64,000 nt of DNA. Origin: an uncultured Solirubrobacterales bacterium. GTDB lineage: Bacteria > Actinomycetota > Thermoleophilia > Solirubrobacterales > Solirubrobacteraceae. Each line of letters starts with the position of its first letter. The stretch's first letter is position 1. The stretch spans positions 408,710-472,709 of the forward strand of contig CAVRBZ010000008.1 in the NCBI GenBank assembly GCA_963719355.1, in the 5' to 3' direction. Of this stretch, positions 8,716 through 17,131 are shown piece after piece. A model generated the notes under the pieces. The model ran no database searches and had not been told where the DNA came from. It worked only from the letters and a program-made list of their open reading frames with translations. The position numbers and the translations under genes are program-made.

Positions 8716-9092
8716 CGAGCGGTGGCGCGCTCCAGTGCGTTCGCGGCGTGGCTCAGGCCGCACGCGCGTAGCATCGCCACGGCATCAACGACGATCTGGC
8801 CGACCGTCTCACCCTGATAGTTCCAGGCGGGGTTGCGCGCGTACACCGAGGCGAGCGAGTGCGCGCTGCGGGTGGCGGACGCCTCGAGCTTGAGCAGCTC
8901 CGAGTGATGCGGGCCGGGGAACGCGGTGATCGTGTAGGCCAGACCGCACTCCGTCGAGATGTCGCCGGTGGACGCGCCAAGTTTCTTCGTCTGGTGCAAG
9001 GGAGGCTGCGGCGGCGTCGGCCCGCAGCTGGCCAGCGCCGCCGCGAGGAGGGCCGGAACCAGGGCGCGGCGGATGATCGGCGCGGCGGTCAT
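8703..9092 (-). CDS. Putative lipoprotein, coupled to the Mrp-like operon
   Basis: MTAAPIIRRALVPALLAAALASC lipobox. ATG overlaps the stop of the upstream MrpD-like gene (ATGA). Confidence 0.6.
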   Translation of the reverse strand: MTAAPIIRRALVPALLAAALASCGPTPPQPPLHQTKKLGASTGDISTECGLAYTITAFPGPHHSELLKLEASATRSAHSLASVYARNPAWNYQGETVGQIVVDAVAMLRACGLSHAANALERATARHRS

Positions 9093-10915
9093 GTAAGCAG
9101 GATCAGCGAGGCGCCGCCGAGCAGCGCGGCTGCGGCCGTCCACCACGCGATGTAGTCGCCGATGTGGCCGCTGTGCAGCCGGCGCAGCGCCGTAAGCGCG
9201 GCCCGGGGCGGAGCTATGAGGGGGCGCGGCACCCGGCGGTGAAGGTTGGCGCCGAACAGGGTCAGCGCCGCCAGCGCGAGTGCCCCGAGCGTGCCGCCCG
9301 CGGCGTACAGGTAGTCGAACGTCTCCACGTGGGTGTGCGAAACCGCCGAGAAGCGCGGCGGCGCGTCATTCAGCACCCAGCGGGCATATGCGGCGTGGTC
9401 GTGGAAGTGCGAGGCGGCGGTCTCGATCCCCGGTACGGCGCCGGGGATCAGGCCAATCACGATTGCCGCGAGCAGCATCAACGCCGGCACGATCAGCATC
9501 AGCGGCGGGGTCCAGCCGCGGGAGGTCTGCTCCTCGTCCGCCTCCTCCTCGGCCGGCCGGCGCAGCTCCACGTCCTCCTCGCGCTCGGACGCACCGAGCC
9601 CCAGGAACACCCGCCCCGTGATCCGCAGCACCGCCCCGCCGGTGAGAATCGATGAAATCATGAACACGGTGGGCAGCCACGGGTAGCTGCGCTCGAGCGC
9701 GGCTGCGTCGAGGAGCGACTTGCCGAAGAACAGCGTCACCCCGGGCATGGCGCTCAGCACCAGCCCACCGATGCCGAACAGCACACCGGCGAGCCTCAGC
9801 CCCCGACCCTGGCCGTGGAGGTCGAATTCGTCCACCGTTCCGAACCGGTGCAGCAGCACGCCGACCAGCATGAACAGCGCCCCCTTGGTGAAGCCCTGGC
9901 CGACGATATAGGTCGCGGTGCCGGCCAGGCCGTGCGCGGTGAGCAATCCGACGCCGCAGGCCATCACCCCGACGTGGCTGATCGTGGAGAAGGCAAGCAG
10001 CCGCTTGAGGTGGCGCTGCGCGTAGCACATGACTCCGCCCCACACCGCGGTCACCGTCCCGAGCGCGATCAGGATCGCACGCAGCTCCTCGGCGTGGGGA
10101 CCGAGCGTGCCGGCGAAGATCGTCCAGTACAGCCGCGCGACCGCGTAGATGCCGAGCTCGGCCATCACCCCCGAGAACAGGACGCACACAGGCGTCGGAG
10201 CCACCGCGTGGGCGTCCGCCGACCAGAAATGCACCGGCACCGCCGCCGCCTTGGTCAGCAACCCGACGAACAGCAGCACCATCGCGACGATGACCAGCGC
10301 GTCGGGCCGATGGCCGTCGAGCGCGGCGCCAATCTGGGACATGTTGAGCGCGCCGGTGCGGGCGTAGAGCAGCCCGACTCCGATGAAGATCGCGTAAGCC
10401 GCCACGCTGTTGGTGATCGCGAAGTTGATCGCGCCCTGGATCGGGCCCCTCTCCTCGATCTGATACGCGGTGAGCGCGTATCCCGCCGCGCCGATCAGCT
10501 CGAAGAACACCACCATGTTGAACAGGTCGCCGGTCAAGCAGAACGCCACCATCGCGGCCAGGAACATCAACATGAGCGCGTGGAACAGGCCATCCGCGCC
10601 GTCGAAGTAGCGCCACGAGTAAGCCAGGGCGGCCGTTACGAGCAGCGCGGCGAACGTGGCCATGCCGGCGCCGATCGGATCGATCGAAAACGAGATCCCG
10701 ATCGCCACCATGTGGCTGGGCCGCCACCCGCCAATCCAATAGGCGAATGGGTGATCGACCGCGCGGACGAGCAGGATCGCGCTCAGGGTCGCCACCGCGA
10801 AGGCCACCCCGCCCGCGGCCACGTCGTTGACCAGCCTCGGCGTCCAATGCCTGACGGCGACCAGCAGGGCCGCGGCGAGCATCGGGACGACGACCGGAAG
10901 CGCGGTGATGTGCAT
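9089..10915 (-). CDS. MrpD/MbhH-like proton-conducting membrane subunit
   Basis: Many TM helices, TGDLFNMVVFFEL, TKAAAVPVHFWSADAH..AP and LKRLLAFSTISHVG. Confidence 0.88.
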   Translation of the reverse strand: MHITALPVVVPMLAAALLVAVRHWTPRLVNDVAAGGVAFAVATLSAILLVRAVDHPFAYWIGGWRPSHMVAIGISFSIDPIGAGMATFAALLVTAALAYSWRYFDGADGLFHALMLMFLAAMVAFCLTGDLFNMVVFFELIGAAGYALTAYQIEERGPIQGAINFAITNSVAAYAIFIGVGLLYARTGALNMSQIGAALDGHRPDALVIVAMVLLFVGLLTKAAAVPVHFWSADAHAVAPTPVCVLFSGVMAELGIYAVARLYWTIFAGTLGPHAEELRAILIALGTVTAVWGGVMCYAQRHLKRLLAFSTISHVGVMACGVGLLTAHGLAGTATYIVGQGFTKGALFMLVGVLLHRFGTVDEFDLHGQGRGLRLAGVLFGIGGLVLSAMPGVTLFFGKSLLDAAALERSYPWLPTVFMISSILTGGAVLRITGRVFLGLGASEREEDVELRRPAEEEADEEQTSRGWTPPLMLIVPALMLLAAIVIGLIPGAVPGIETAASHFHDHAAYARWVLNDAPPRFSAVSHTHVETFDYLYAAGGTLGALALAALTLFGANLHRRVPRPLIAPPRAALTALRRLHSGHIGDYIAWWTAAAALLGGASLILLT

Positions 10916-10944
10916 CGTCCGCCGGCCGCTCTCCCGTTGGCGCT

Positions 10945-11289
10945 CTAGTCCGTGAGGGCCCGCAGGTCCTGCGGGTCGAGGCTGCCGAACCGCTTGTGCG
11001 CCTGCACGGCCAGCGCAAGCAGCATCGCGGTGACCGTCGCCCCGATCACGATATCCGTCAGCACCAGCACCTGGACGACCGGATCGACCGCCTTGGAGGT
11101 CTGTGGGATGTCGGCGAAGATCGGAGCCTTCCCGCCCTTGCTGTAGCCGATCCCCAGCAGCACCAGGTACGTGGCCGATTGCACCACGGTCAGCGACAGG
11201 ACCGCGCGGATCAGATTCTTGGCCGAGACGATTCCGTACAGACCGACCAGGAACAGCCACGTGGCGATGGCGAAAGGCAGGAAGTTCAT
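10945..11289 (-). CDS. MrpC/MbhG-like subunit
   Basis: GLYGIVSAKNLIR and DPVVQVLVLTDIVIG. Confidence 0.88.
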   Translation of the reverse strand: MNFLPFAIATWLFLVGLYGIVSAKNLIRAVLSLTVVQSATYLVLLGIGYSKGGKAPIFADIPQTSKAVDPVVQVLVLTDIVIGATVTAMLLALAVQAHKRFGSLDPQDLRALTD

Positions 11290-12056
11290 GAGCTACCGCC
11301 GTCCGGGTTGGAGCGAATCACGAGTGCCTGGTCGAGGAACTCGCTGAACGCGACGAGGAAGGCGCCGCTCACCTCGAGCCCCACCGCCACGCTGGCCAAC
11401 GGAATCTGGCCGCCGGACAGGAGGTGTCCGGGGATCCCGAGCGGCAGGAAGTTCTTGAAGAACACGCCAACGAACACCAAACCGCCGAGCCCGATCATCG
11501 TGTAGCCGGCAGCACCGATCGCGTCCCCCAACTCCTCGACGATCGTGGGCGCCACGGTCTGCATCCGCAGGTAGCGGCCGGCCAGGAACACCGCGAGGGG
11601 CCCCGCGGCCAGGACCACGCCGCCCTGGAACCCGCCGCCCGGGGTGAGTGCCCCGTGCACGACGATGTACACGCCGATAGCCAGGAGCACGGGGATCAGC
11701 ACCAGGCTGAGAGCCCGCAGCGCTTCGCTGGCGCCGGCGAAGCTGTGCTCATCCGCCTCCTGCTGGCTCGGGCGGTCCTCCTCGCCGCGCATTTGGCGCA
11801 GGATCAGCACCACGCCGAGGACCGAGGTGAACAGGATGAACTCCTCGCCGAGCGTGTCGAACCCGCGGATGTCGAAATTGAGCGCGGTGACCAGGTTGGT
11901 GGCGTGGCGCTCGGTGACGCCGATGCCGTTGATGACGTTGCCGTAGACGCCCCTGTAGTCGCCGAACGCCGGCAGGCCGGCCAGCCCCACGACGAGGACG
12001 ACGCCGAAACCAGCCGCGGCGAGCGCGAACAGCACGAGCCGGGCGCTGCGCCTCAT
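11286..12056 (-). CDS. MrpB/MnhB-domain subunit
   Basis: NLVTALNFDIRGFDTLGE and HGALTPGGGFQGG. Confidence 0.88.
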   Translation of the reverse strand: MRRSARLVLFALAAAGFGVVLVVGLAGLPAFGDYRGVYGNVINGIGVTERHATNLVTALNFDIRGFDTLGEEFILFTSVLGVVLILRQMRGEEDRPSQQEADEHSFAGASEALRALSLVLIPVLLAIGVYIVVHGALTPGGGFQGGVVLAAGPLAVFLAGRYLRMQTVAPTIVEELGDAIGAAGYTMIGLGGLVFVGVFFKNFLPLGIPGHLLSGGQIPLASVAVGLEVSGAFLVAFSEFLDQALVIRSNPDGGSS

Positions 12057-12319
12057 TGCTCGGTCTCCTCCTGCTCGCGTTCTCGCTCGTTCTGGCTCAC
12101 CTTGCGCAGCGCGAGCAGGATCATCACAGGCAGCCCGACGGTCGAGACGACGATCTCGGACAGCGCCACGTCGGGCGCCTGGAACACGAAGAACACGGTG
12201 GTAAGCGCCATGCCGTACACGCCCAGCACGAGCGTCTGCCTCAGCGGATCGCTCGCGGCCACTACCGCGCCACCCCCGATCGCCACCGCGGCCAGCGCCG
12301 CGATCTGGAGCACCGTCAT
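12053..12319 (-). CDS. DUF4040 / MbhD-like small subunit
   Basis: FQAPDVALSEIVV motif with about three TM helices. Confidence 0.82.
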   Translation of the reverse strand: MTVLQIAALAAVAIGGGAVVAASDPLRQTLVLGVYGMALTTVFFVFQAPDVALSEIVVSTVGLPVMILLALRKVSQNEREREQEETEQ

Positions 12320-12636
12320 TGCTCGCTCCGCTCCCGCGCCTTGGTCCGCCAGTCGCCCAACTCGCGGATCAGCAGGCTGCGAACGCTCGTCTGGACCAGG
12401 ACCGGGCCGGTCAGGACCAGGATCACCCCGACCAGCAGCGCCTTGTCGCCGATCAGCGAGAACGATTCCCGGATCAGGACCGCAAGCCCGATGAGCAGCG
12501 CGCCGAAACTGCCCAGCCCGACGTAGTGCAGGCGGTCGTAGGCGTCGCGCATCACGCAGACGCCGAGCACCGCGATCAACTCGAGCAGCCCACCCGCGGT
12601 GAGCAGGATGACCGCGACGACCGCGCGCCAGCTCAC
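12316..12636 (-). CDS. MrpG/MbhC-like subunit
   Basis: MRDAYDRLHYVG motif. GTG overlaps the upstream stop. Confidence 0.82.
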   Translation of the reverse strand: MSWRAVVAVILLTAGGLLELIAVLGVCVMRDAYDRLHYVGLGSFGALLIGLAVLIRESFSLIGDKALLVGVILVLTGPVLVQTSVRSLLIRELGDWRTKARERSEQ

Positions 12637-12884
12637 AGATCTCGCTCCATCAGCCGAGCGAACAGCAGCGACCCGACCAGCGACATCGGCGCGAACACCA
12701 CCGCGAGGTCCACGAACGGTTGGCGGTGAAAGCCCTCGCTCAACAGCACGAGGATCGTGGCGAGCAACACCGACGCCACCTGCAGGGCGGCCAGGCCGTG
12801 GGGCGGTGGAGCCAGGAGCGCGAGGACCGCGCACGGGATCAGGGCGAAGGCCAGGACGGCGGCGGCGATCTCCCACTCGTTCAC
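12633..12884 (-). CDS. MrpF/MbhB-like subunit
   Basis: Small three-TM protein ending FVDLAVV..GSLLFARLMER. Confidence 0.78.
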   Translation of the reverse strand: MNEWEIAAAVLAFALIPCAVLALLAPPPHGLAALQVASVLLATILVLLSEGFHRQPFVDLAVVFAPMSLVGSLLFARLMERDL

Positions 12885-12897
12885 GGCGCCGTCTCGC

Positions 12898-13419
12898 TCA
12901 CTCCGATCCGAGGCCGAGAATGTCGATCGCCTCGGCTCCGCCCGTGCGCTGGAGCTGGTGGCCGAGGATCAGCTCGCGCTCGACGTCTACACCGACGATG
13001 ATCGTGTTCGGCGCAAACGATCCGAATGCCTCGGCCAGCGCCCGACGGCCGGTCTCGATGTCGTGCTCGGGGCCGCACCGGAACCTCACGGCCCGGAAGG
13101 TCCCGTTGACCTGCTCTGGCTTGACCAGCTGGCGCAGGGCCAGCCTCGAGACGATCACGATGTCCGAGGGCGCCTTGACGAGCGCCCGGTAGAGGCTGGT
13201 GAGCCACCGCAGGCGAGCGCTCAACCTGCCTGCCGTCTCTTGCTCGCGCGCCAGCTCGAACCCGGTGGCGGCGATCCCCGCCGCCCCCGCGAGCACGATC
13301 AACTCGGGCAGCGAGGTGGTGTCGATCAGCAGCAGATAGAGCGCTCCGGCGCCCACGCCGGCCGCCACCCAGGCCGCGGCGCGGCGCAGGAGGAGCTTTG
13401 GGCGCGGCGGTTTAGCCAT
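12898..13419 (-). CDS. MrpE/MbhA-like subunit
   Basis: Two N-terminal TM helices and SFAPNTIIVGVD..LILGHQL, similar to the MrpE TLTPGT..VH motif. Confidence 0.75.
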   Translation of the reverse strand: MAKPPRPKLLLRRAAAWVAAGVGAGALYLLLIDTTSLPELIVLAGAAGIAATGFELAREQETAGRLSARLRWLTSLYRALVKAPSDIVIVSRLALRQLVKPEQVNGTFRAVRFRCGPEHDIETGRRALAEAFGSFAPNTIIVGVDVERELILGHQLQRTGGAEAIDILGLGSE

Positions 13420-13468
13420 CCCGCGTTGGTTCTGGCGCGGGCGGGAAAGTCCTGCCCCGCGGCCGACC

Positions 13469-14419
13469 CTACGCGAAGCGCGGCAGCACGTGCTCTCGGT
13501 AGGCCTCGAAGAAAGCGTCCTGCTCGGGCCCGATCTGCTGCACGTACACCTCGTCGAACCCGGCCTCGGCGTATTGGGTGAGGATCTGCACGTGGCGGTC
13601 GATGTCGGGGCCGCACGGAGTCTGCTCGGCGATCATCTCCTCGGTCACCAGCTGGCTGGCCTGCTCGAAGTGCTGCGGGGTGGGCAGGATCTGGGCCAGC
13701 TCACCGGGCAATGCGTCGTTCGGCCACAACCGGTAGGCGGTCTTGCGCGCCTTCGCCTCGTCGCTGCCCCAGCACACCTTGATCCCGCCCTGAACGAGCG
13801 CTCCCTGCTTGGCCTGGGAGCGAAAGCGCTCCACCGACTCGGCGTCCGGGCCGACTGTCGCGTAGCCGTCGCCGATCCTGGCCGCGAGGTCGATCGCCTT
13901 GGGTCCAAAGCCGGAGACGTAGATCGGCGGCGGGGTGTCCGGGAGGTCGTAGACGCGACAGCGCTCCACGCGGTAGTGCTGTCCCTTGAGGTTCTGGACG
14001 CCGCCTTGCCACAGCGTCCTGATGACGTGCACCGCCTCTTCGAGCATCTCGAGGCGCTCGTCGGCTTCCGGCCAGCGGTCGCCGAGAATGTGCTCGTTGA
14101 GCGCCTCGCCGCTGCCCACGCCCAGGCAGAACCGGCCGTCCAGCAGGAGCGACGCAGTGGCCGCGGCCTGGGCGATGATCGCGGGATGGATCCTCACCGT
14201 CGGGCAAGTCACGGCGGTTGTGACCTTCTGCTCGGTCGCCTCGGCGATCGCGCCGATCACTGACCAGACGAACGGGCTGTGGCCCTGCTCGTCGCTCCAG
14301 GGGTGATAGTGGTCGGAGATCCAGAGCCCCTCGAACCCAGCCTGCTCGGCCTTGGCGGCCAGCCTCACCAGGTCCCGCGGACCCCATTCCTCGCTTGACA
14401 GGAAGTAGCCGATCTTCAC
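13469..14419 (-). CDS. F420-dependent LLM-class oxidoreductase (FGD/G6PDH-like family)
   Basis: IGYFLSSEE, SDHYHPW, TAVTCPT and GVGSGEALNEH. Confidence 0.88.
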   Translation of the reverse strand: MKIGYFLSSEEWGPRDLVRLAAKAEQAGFEGLWISDHYHPWSDEQGHSPFVWSVIGAIAEATEQKVTTAVTCPTVRIHPAIIAQAAATASLLLDGRFCLGVGSGEALNEHILGDRWPEADERLEMLEEAVHVIRTLWQGGVQNLKGQHYRVERCRVYDLPDTPPPIYVSGFGPKAIDLAARIGDGYATVGPDAESVERFRSQAKQGALVQGGIKVCWGSDEAKARKTAYRLWPNDALPGELAQILPTPQHFEQASQLVTEEMIAEQTPCGPDIDRHVQILTQYAEAGFDEVYVQQIGPEQDAFFEAYREHVLPRFA

Positions 14420-14646
14420 GCAGCTCGCCTCTCCCCCGGCTGTGGTGCCTGTAATCAGGACGCGGGATGTCGTGTTGAGACGCTGACGGCGGCGGCCGCC
14501 GCTGTTCGACGAGGTCTTGCTACGCGCCAGCCTCGCCGCGGCTGCGGAGCTGCGTGGCCCACCCGGGTGACTCGCGCCCGGCAACCTTGGCCGGACATCA
14601 CGGTTCTTCGGCGCACGTCACCCCGGGCGGGACACGCACGAAGCCG

Positions 14647-15213
14647 CTATGCCGCGACTCGCTGCTGGTGCTTGCCCTCGGCGAACTCCTCGACGATCTT
14701 GGCACAGAAAGCCGGCAGATCGTCCGGCTTGCGGCTCGTGACCAGGCCGTTGTCGACGACGACTTCCTCGTCGACCCATTCGGCACCGGCGTTGCGCAGG
14801 TCGGTCTGCAGGCTCGGCCACGATGTGACCTTGCGCCCCTTGGCCACGCCGGTCTCGACCAGCATCCACGGACCGTGGCAGATGACGCCGACCGGCTTGT
14901 CCTGCTCGAAGAAGTCGCGGACGAACTTCACCGCGTCCTGGTCGCCGCGCAGCTGATCTGGGTTGGCCACGCCGCCCGGCAGCACCAGCGCGTCGTAGTC
15001 CGACGCGTTCGCATCCGCCGCCGCCTTGTCCGCGGTGATCTTGTCGCCCTTGTCAAAGTGGTTCCACATCTCGACCTCGCCCTTCTCGAGCGAGACGATG
15101 TCGACCTCCGCGCCAGCCTTCTTGACCGCCTCCAGCGGCTCGGTCACCTCGACCTGCTCGGCCCCTTCGGTGAACAGGAATGCCACCTTCTTGCCCTTGA
15201 GCTCGTCAGCCAT
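14647..15213 (-). CDS. PfpI/DJ-1 family type 1 glutamine amidotransferase-like protein
   Basis: LPGGVANPD, ICHGPW and VTSRKPDDLPAF. AGGAG SD. Confidence 0.92.
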   Translation of the reverse strand: MADELKGKKVAFLFTEGAEQVEVTEPLEAVKKAGAEVDIVSLEKGEVEMWNHFDKGDKITADKAAADANASDYDALVLPGGVANPDQLRGDQDAVKFVRDFFEQDKPVGVICHGPWMLVETGVAKGRKVTSWPSLQTDLRNAGAEWVDEEVVVDNGLVTSRKPDDLPAFCAKIVEEFAEGKHQQRVAA

Positions 15214-15258
15214 AGCTTCTCCGGCTCCTTTCTTCTCGTTGAGGTCCTGCCTGTTGCC

Positions 15259-15282
15259 TACCCGACCCTCCGGGCGAAAAAC
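15259..15282 (-). promoter_or_regulatory. SigB/SigF-type general stress promoter upstream of pfpI
   Basis: Minus strand reads GTTT-N15-GGGTA. Confidence 0.55.
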
Positions 15283-15331
15283 GCGAGGTGAACCGGTTCA
15301 GAAGCCCTTGGGCTACTGCGGCCGGCCGCGC

Positions 15332-15604
15332 TCAGCCGCCGGCGACTGCTGGGAGGATCGTCACCTCGTCGCCGTCGGACACGGGGGTGTCGAGCCCGTC
15401 CAGGAAGCGGATGTCCTCGCTGCCGACGTAGACGTTGACGAACCGGCGCAGGCCGCCGTCCTCGGCGATCCGGTTGCGCAGTTCGCCGTAGCGGTCGTAG
15501 AGAGCGTCGAGCACCTCGCCCACCGTAGAGCCGTCGACGCTCGCCGTCGCGTCTCCCTCGGTGGCGGAGCGAAGCTGAGTCGGGATCTTGACCATGACTG
15601 CCAT
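15332..15604 (-). CDS. MoaD/ThiS/CysO-like ubiquitin-fold sulfur carrier protein
   Basis: IPTQLR, RRFVNVYV..EDIRFL and C-terminal PAVAGG. Confidence 0.9.
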   Translation of the reverse strand: MAVMVKIPTQLRSATEGDATASVDGSTVGEVLDALYDRYGELRNRIAEDGGLRRFVNVYVGSEDIRFLDGLDTPVSDGDEVTILPAVAGG

Positions 15605-15617
15605 GCGAGCAGTCTTA

Positions 15618-16853
15618 TCACGCCACCGCGGCGACGCGTTCGGATGCCTGCTGGAAGGACTCGAGCGTGGGCTCGATCTGCCACGCCTCGAACGTTCCGC
15701 GCGCGCAGTCGAGCGTCTTGAGCCCCTCGCCGGTGATGTAGGCCACCACGCGCTCGGCCGGATCGATCTCGCCACGGGCGGCGAGCTTGGCCAGGACGGC
15801 CACGGTGACGCCGCCGGCGGTCTCGGTGAAGATACCCGTGGTGTGGGCGAGCAGCTTGATCCCCTGGCGGATCTGGTCGTCGGTGACCGACTCGATCGTG
15901 CCCTCCGTGCGGCGCGCCAAGTCGAGTGCGTAGGGGCCGTCGGCCGGGTTGCCGATGGCCAGCGACTTGGCGATCGTGTCCGGCTTGACCGGCCGGCAGA
16001 AATCTTGCCCGGCCTCGAACGCGGTAGCGACGGGTGAGCAGCCCGTTGCCTGGGCGCCGTGGAAGGTCGGCAGCTCTCCCTGGAGCAGCCCGATCTCCAG
16101 CCACTCCTCGAACCCGCGCGCGATCTTGGTGAACAGCGAACCCGAGGCGATCGGGCAGACCACTCGGTCGGGCAGCTCGAACCCGAGCTGCTCGGCGGTC
16201 TCGAACGCGAGCGTCTTCGAGCCCTCCGAGTAGTACGGCCGCATGTTGATGTTCACGAAGGCCCAGTCGTGCTCGCCGGCAAGCTCGGTGCACAGACGGT
16301 TGACGTCGTCGTAGTTGCCGCGCACGGCGACCAGGTTGGTGCCGTACACGCCGGTGGCGAGGATCTTCTGCTCCTCGAGGTCGTAGGGGACGAACACGTA
16401 GGACTCAAGGCCGGCGGCGGCCGCGTGGGCGGCCACTGCGTTGGCGAGGTTGCCCGTCGACGCGCACGCCACCGTCTGGAAGCCGAGCTCGCGGGCGCGA
16501 GCCAGCGCCACCGAGACGACGCGGTCCTTGAAGGAGTGGGTGGGGTTCGCGGCGTCGTTCTTGATCCAGACCTCGCCCAGGCCGAGCTCCTCGGCCAGCC
16601 GGTCGGCGCGCAGCAGAGGGGTCCAGCCGGCCGGCAGAACCCCGCGCGGAGGGGCCGTGACGGGCAGGAAATCGCTGTAGCGCCACAGCGAATGCGGCCC
16701 GGCCTGGATCCGGCGCCGCAGCTCGGCGGGATCGCGCCCCAGGCGAGACGGATAGGCCACCTCGAGCGGGCCGAAGCAGCGTTCGCAGACGTACCGCGCC
16801 TCCAGCGGGTAGGTTGTCTTGCATTCCTTGCAGCGAAGAGACTCTGGCGGCAT
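15618..16853 (-). CDS. thrC: Threonine synthase-family PLP enzyme with N-terminal zinc ribbon
   Basis: CKEC..CERCFGPL, NPTHSFKDR (PLP Lys), CASTGNLA and TGEGLKT. Confidence 0.85.
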   Translation of the reverse strand: MPPESLRCKECKTTYPLEARYVCERCFGPLEVAYPSRLGRDPAELRRRIQAGPHSLWRYSDFLPVTAPPRGVLPAGWTPLLRADRLAEELGLGEVWIKNDAANPTHSFKDRVVSVALARARELGFQTVACASTGNLANAVAAHAAAAGLESYVFVPYDLEEQKILATGVYGTNLVAVRGNYDDVNRLCTELAGEHDWAFVNINMRPYYSEGSKTLAFETAEQLGFELPDRVVCPIASGSLFTKIARGFEEWLEIGLLQGELPTFHGAQATGCSPVATAFEAGQDFCRPVKPDTIAKSLAIGNPADGPYALDLARRTEGTIESVTDDQIRQGIKLLAHTTGIFTETAGGVTVAVLAKLAARGEIDPAERVVAYITGEGLKTLDCARGTFEAWQIEPTLESFQQASERVAAVA

Positions 16854-16856
16854 ATG

Positions 16857-16889
16857 AAAAAACCTCCGCCGGGGTCAGTGGTCGGAGGT
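16857..16889 (-). terminator. Riboswitch expression platform: terminator/SD-sequestering hairpin
   Basis: Minus strand ACCTCCG-loop-CGGAGGT followed by a T tract just before the ATG. The 3' arm contains the GGAGG SD. Confidence 0.7.
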
Positions 16890-16907
16890 CCAGGAAACCG
16901 CCCTTTC

Positions 16908-17013
16908 CACATCTCCCAGGCTTGTCGTTGGAGCCTGATGGAATTGGCACCGTTCCCTTGCGGGAGGTTGCCGGGGCTTCACAGGGCCATATCCCTCCAC
17001 CCCTCTTGATGCG
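16908..17013 (-). ncRNA. SAM-I riboswitch
   Basis: Minus strand CGCATCAAGAG..GGAGGGA..GGCCCTGTGAAGCCCCGGCAACC..GGTGCCAATTCC..AGATGTG. P1 is CGCAUC/GAUGUG. TATACT -10 at 17033-17038. Confidence 0.92.
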
Positions 17014-17131
17014 TACAGCTATGTTGCCGAGCAGTATAGCCAGGGGATCGTCAGACTTCGAGCGAGCTTGAACCGATCGGCCCCGGGATCGACGCCTCGA
17101 CCCGATTCAAGGCCACCATCTGACCTTCGAC

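Noticed and set aside
14420-14646. Intergenic stretch containing CCCGGCAACC (SAM riboswitch-like) and a short protein-like frame
   Set aside because: Other SAM-I elements are absent, and the frame has no start codon.
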